A DNA stretch of 64,000 nucleotides from Candidatus Poribacteria bacterium (GTDB taxonomy: Bacteria > Poribacteria > WGA-4E > WGA-3G): NCBI GenBank assembly GCA_964291315.2, contig OZ219753.1:1920001-1984000 (forward strand). The letters run 5' to 3'. Position 1 is the first letter of the stretch; every line of letters starts with the position of its first letter. Shown one piece after another: positions 62,156 through 64,000 of the stretch. Made by a program: the position numbers and the translations under genes. Below the pieces are notes generated by a model, which saw only the letters and a program-made list of their open reading frames with translations, was not told the DNA's origin and made no database searches.

Positions 62156-64000
62156 GTGAATAAAAATACAAGAAGCATGGTGATTTGGTGGCTCGTTATT
62201 GCCGGAATCGTCGTTTTCGGCATCTATCAGCTATTCAACCGCAGAGACCCTGTCTATCAACTGGCAACCTCTGATTTTCACCAGTACATAAAACGAGGAC
62301 CAGACCTATTTGATGGGTACCTGGTTTTAGATCAAGAATGGATTAAGGGACGTTTTCATACAGACAGTCTAACGCAAATTCGAGGCGATATCCTCAGAGA
62401 CGTGCCACCTCAGGAACAAGAAACCCATTTCCCTTCAAATTGGGAAGGCGAATTTAGATCGAGTCGTGACGCAATCGATGACTACGCCCTTCAAGCAAAA
62501 CTTGATGAATACGGGATTGCCTATGATGTCAAACCCCCATCCAAGTTCCCACAGGGATTGATTATCTTCGGGACTACCATCATACCACTTCTCATCTTCT
62601 TAGGGTTGATGATCTTCCTGTCACGCCAAATGCAAGGAAGCGGAAACCGCGCACTCTCCTTCGGCAAAAGCCGCGCAAGACTCCATTCCGAAAATCATAA
62701 AAAAATAACCTTTGAAGATGTTGCCGGCGTTGATGAGGCAAAAGACGCTCTCGAGGAAGTCATCGAGTTTCTTAAAGCACCCAAAAAATTTGAACGCCTC
62801 GGCGGTAGAATCCCAAAAGGAGTGCTATTAATGGGACCCCCAGGCACAGGGAAAACGATGCTAGCACAAGCCGTCGCAGGAGAAGCGGACGTTCCATTCT
62901 ATAGCATCAGCGGCTCTGACTTCGTCGAAATGTTCGTCGGCGTAGGTGCCTCCAGAGTCCGGGACCTCTTTGAAACAGGAAAGAAAAACGCACCCTGTAT
63001 TATTTTTATAGATGAACTAGACGCTGTCGGCAGACACCGCGGCGCCGGAATAGGCGGCGGACACGATGAACGTGAACAAACTTTAAATCAACTCCTCGTT
63101 GAAATGCAAGGATTCGACGCATCCGAAGGCGTGATTCTTATAGCCGCAACAAACCGACCAGACGTGTTAGACCCCGCCCTCCTGCGACCCGGCAGGTTCG
63201 ACCGGCAAATCGTCGTTGATCTCCCCGACGTCCGCGGCAGAGAGGCCATTCTTAAAGTACACACAAAAGAACCTTACAAACTCGCAGAAAATGTCAACCT
63301 GGAAATCCTAGCAAAGGCAACACCAGGATTCTCCGGGGCCGATCTTGAAAATATGGCAAACGAAGCCGCACTCCTCGCCGCAAGGTGCAATAAAGAACAT
63401 ATTGATATGATCTGCTTCGATGAAGCCAAAGACCGCGTACTTATGGGACCCGAACGCCGAAGCCTCGTAATTAGCGCCGAAGAACGACGCGTTACCGCCT
63501 ATCACGAAGCAGGACACGCCCTTATGTTACATTTTGTACCAGAAAGCGACCCTAACTACAAGTGTACAATCGTCCCGCGCGGCAGAGCACTCGGCGTCAC
63601 AGCAAAACTTCCACTCGAAGAACGGCATAATATGAGCAAAAAGCGACTCCTAGCTCACATCATTTTCGCCCTCGGAGGACGCGTCGCCGAAGAAATTATC
63701 TTCGGCGAACAAACAACAGGGGCACAAAACGATTTTGAGCAGGCCACAAGCCTCGCACGACGGATGGTCACCCAATGGGGGATGAGCCACATGGGACCCC
63801 TAACCTTCGGAAGACGCGACGAACAAGTCTTCCTCGGCAAAGAATTAGCCGTCCATCAGGATTACAGCGAAAAAACCGCTATTGAAATTGACAATGCCGT
63901 TCACGATATCGTCATGGAGTGCTACAAAAAAGCATGGGAAATCTTGGAAACCAACCTAGACGGATTGAAGCTGCTAGCGGACGCACTACTAGAACGCGAA
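62156..64000 (+). CDS. ftsH: ATP-dependent zinc metalloprotease FtsH (3'-truncated by the window edge; absent from the ORF track)
   Basis: GTG start after GAGAGG; [50 protein letters not shown]. Confidence 0.95.
   Translation, partial: MNKNTRSMVIWWLVIAGIVVFGIYQLFNRRDPVYQLATSDFHQYIKRGPDLFDGYLVLDQEWIKGRFHTDSLTQIRGDILRDVPPQEQETHFPSNWEGEFRSSRDAIDDYALQAKLDEYGIAYDVKPPSKFPQGLIIFGTTIIPLLIFLGLMIFLSRQMQGSGNRALSFGKSRARLHSENHKKITFEDVAGVDEAKDALEEVIEFLKAPKKFERLGGRIPKGVLLMGPPGTGKTMLAQAVAGEADVPFYSISGSDFVEMFVGVGASRVRDLFETGKKNAPCIIFIDELDAVGRHRGAGIGGGHDEREQTLNQLLVEMQGFDASEGVILIAATNRPDVLDPALLRPGRFDRQIVVDLPDVRGREAILKVHTKEPYKLAENVNLEILAKATPGFSGADLENMANEAALLAARCNKEHIDMICFDEAKDRVLMGPERRSLVISAEERRVTAYHEAGHALMLHFVPESDPNYKCTIVPRGRALGVTAKLPLEERHNMSKKRLLAHIIFALGGRVAEEIIFGEQTTGAQNDFEQATSLARRMVTQWGMSHMGPLTFGRRDEQVFLGKELAVHQDYSEKTAIEIDNAVHDIVMECYKKAWEILETNLDGLKLLADALLERE

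Overview
64 kb of bacterial chromosome. The gene content (sulfatase, three PhyH-type dioxygenases, Gfo/Idh/MocA oxidoreductases, TPR-protease, secreted proteins ending in a 'KLTTxWAxIK' tail) resembles Ca. Poribacteria; that assignment is inference. The window is rich in defence systems. It has a type I restriction-modification locus (hsdR-S-M, 5.2-11.0 kb) and a composite CRISPR locus in which type I-B genes (cas6-8-7-5-3-4-1-2) and a type III-A module (cas10-csm2-5 plus a CARF-HEPN Csx1) flank one shared 34-repeat array. The most unusual feature is a tandem trio of compact ~400-aa beta-class DNA methyltransferase-HNH nuclease fusion genes (56.0-59.6 kb). Their N- and C-terminal coding sequences are nearly identical, but each carries a different AT-rich central target-recognition cassette. 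A convergent solitary MTase follows them. Other observations are a likely internally translated Cas11 in cas8, a degenerate duplicated leader/mini-array upstream of the CRISPR array, GTAG-type REP elements (three tandem copies between cas1 and cas2), a ComEC with an 82-aa internal duplication, and a GlmU-like/DUF89 fusion. The window starts inside a sulfatase and ends inside ftsH. All calls come from motif reading; no database searches were run.
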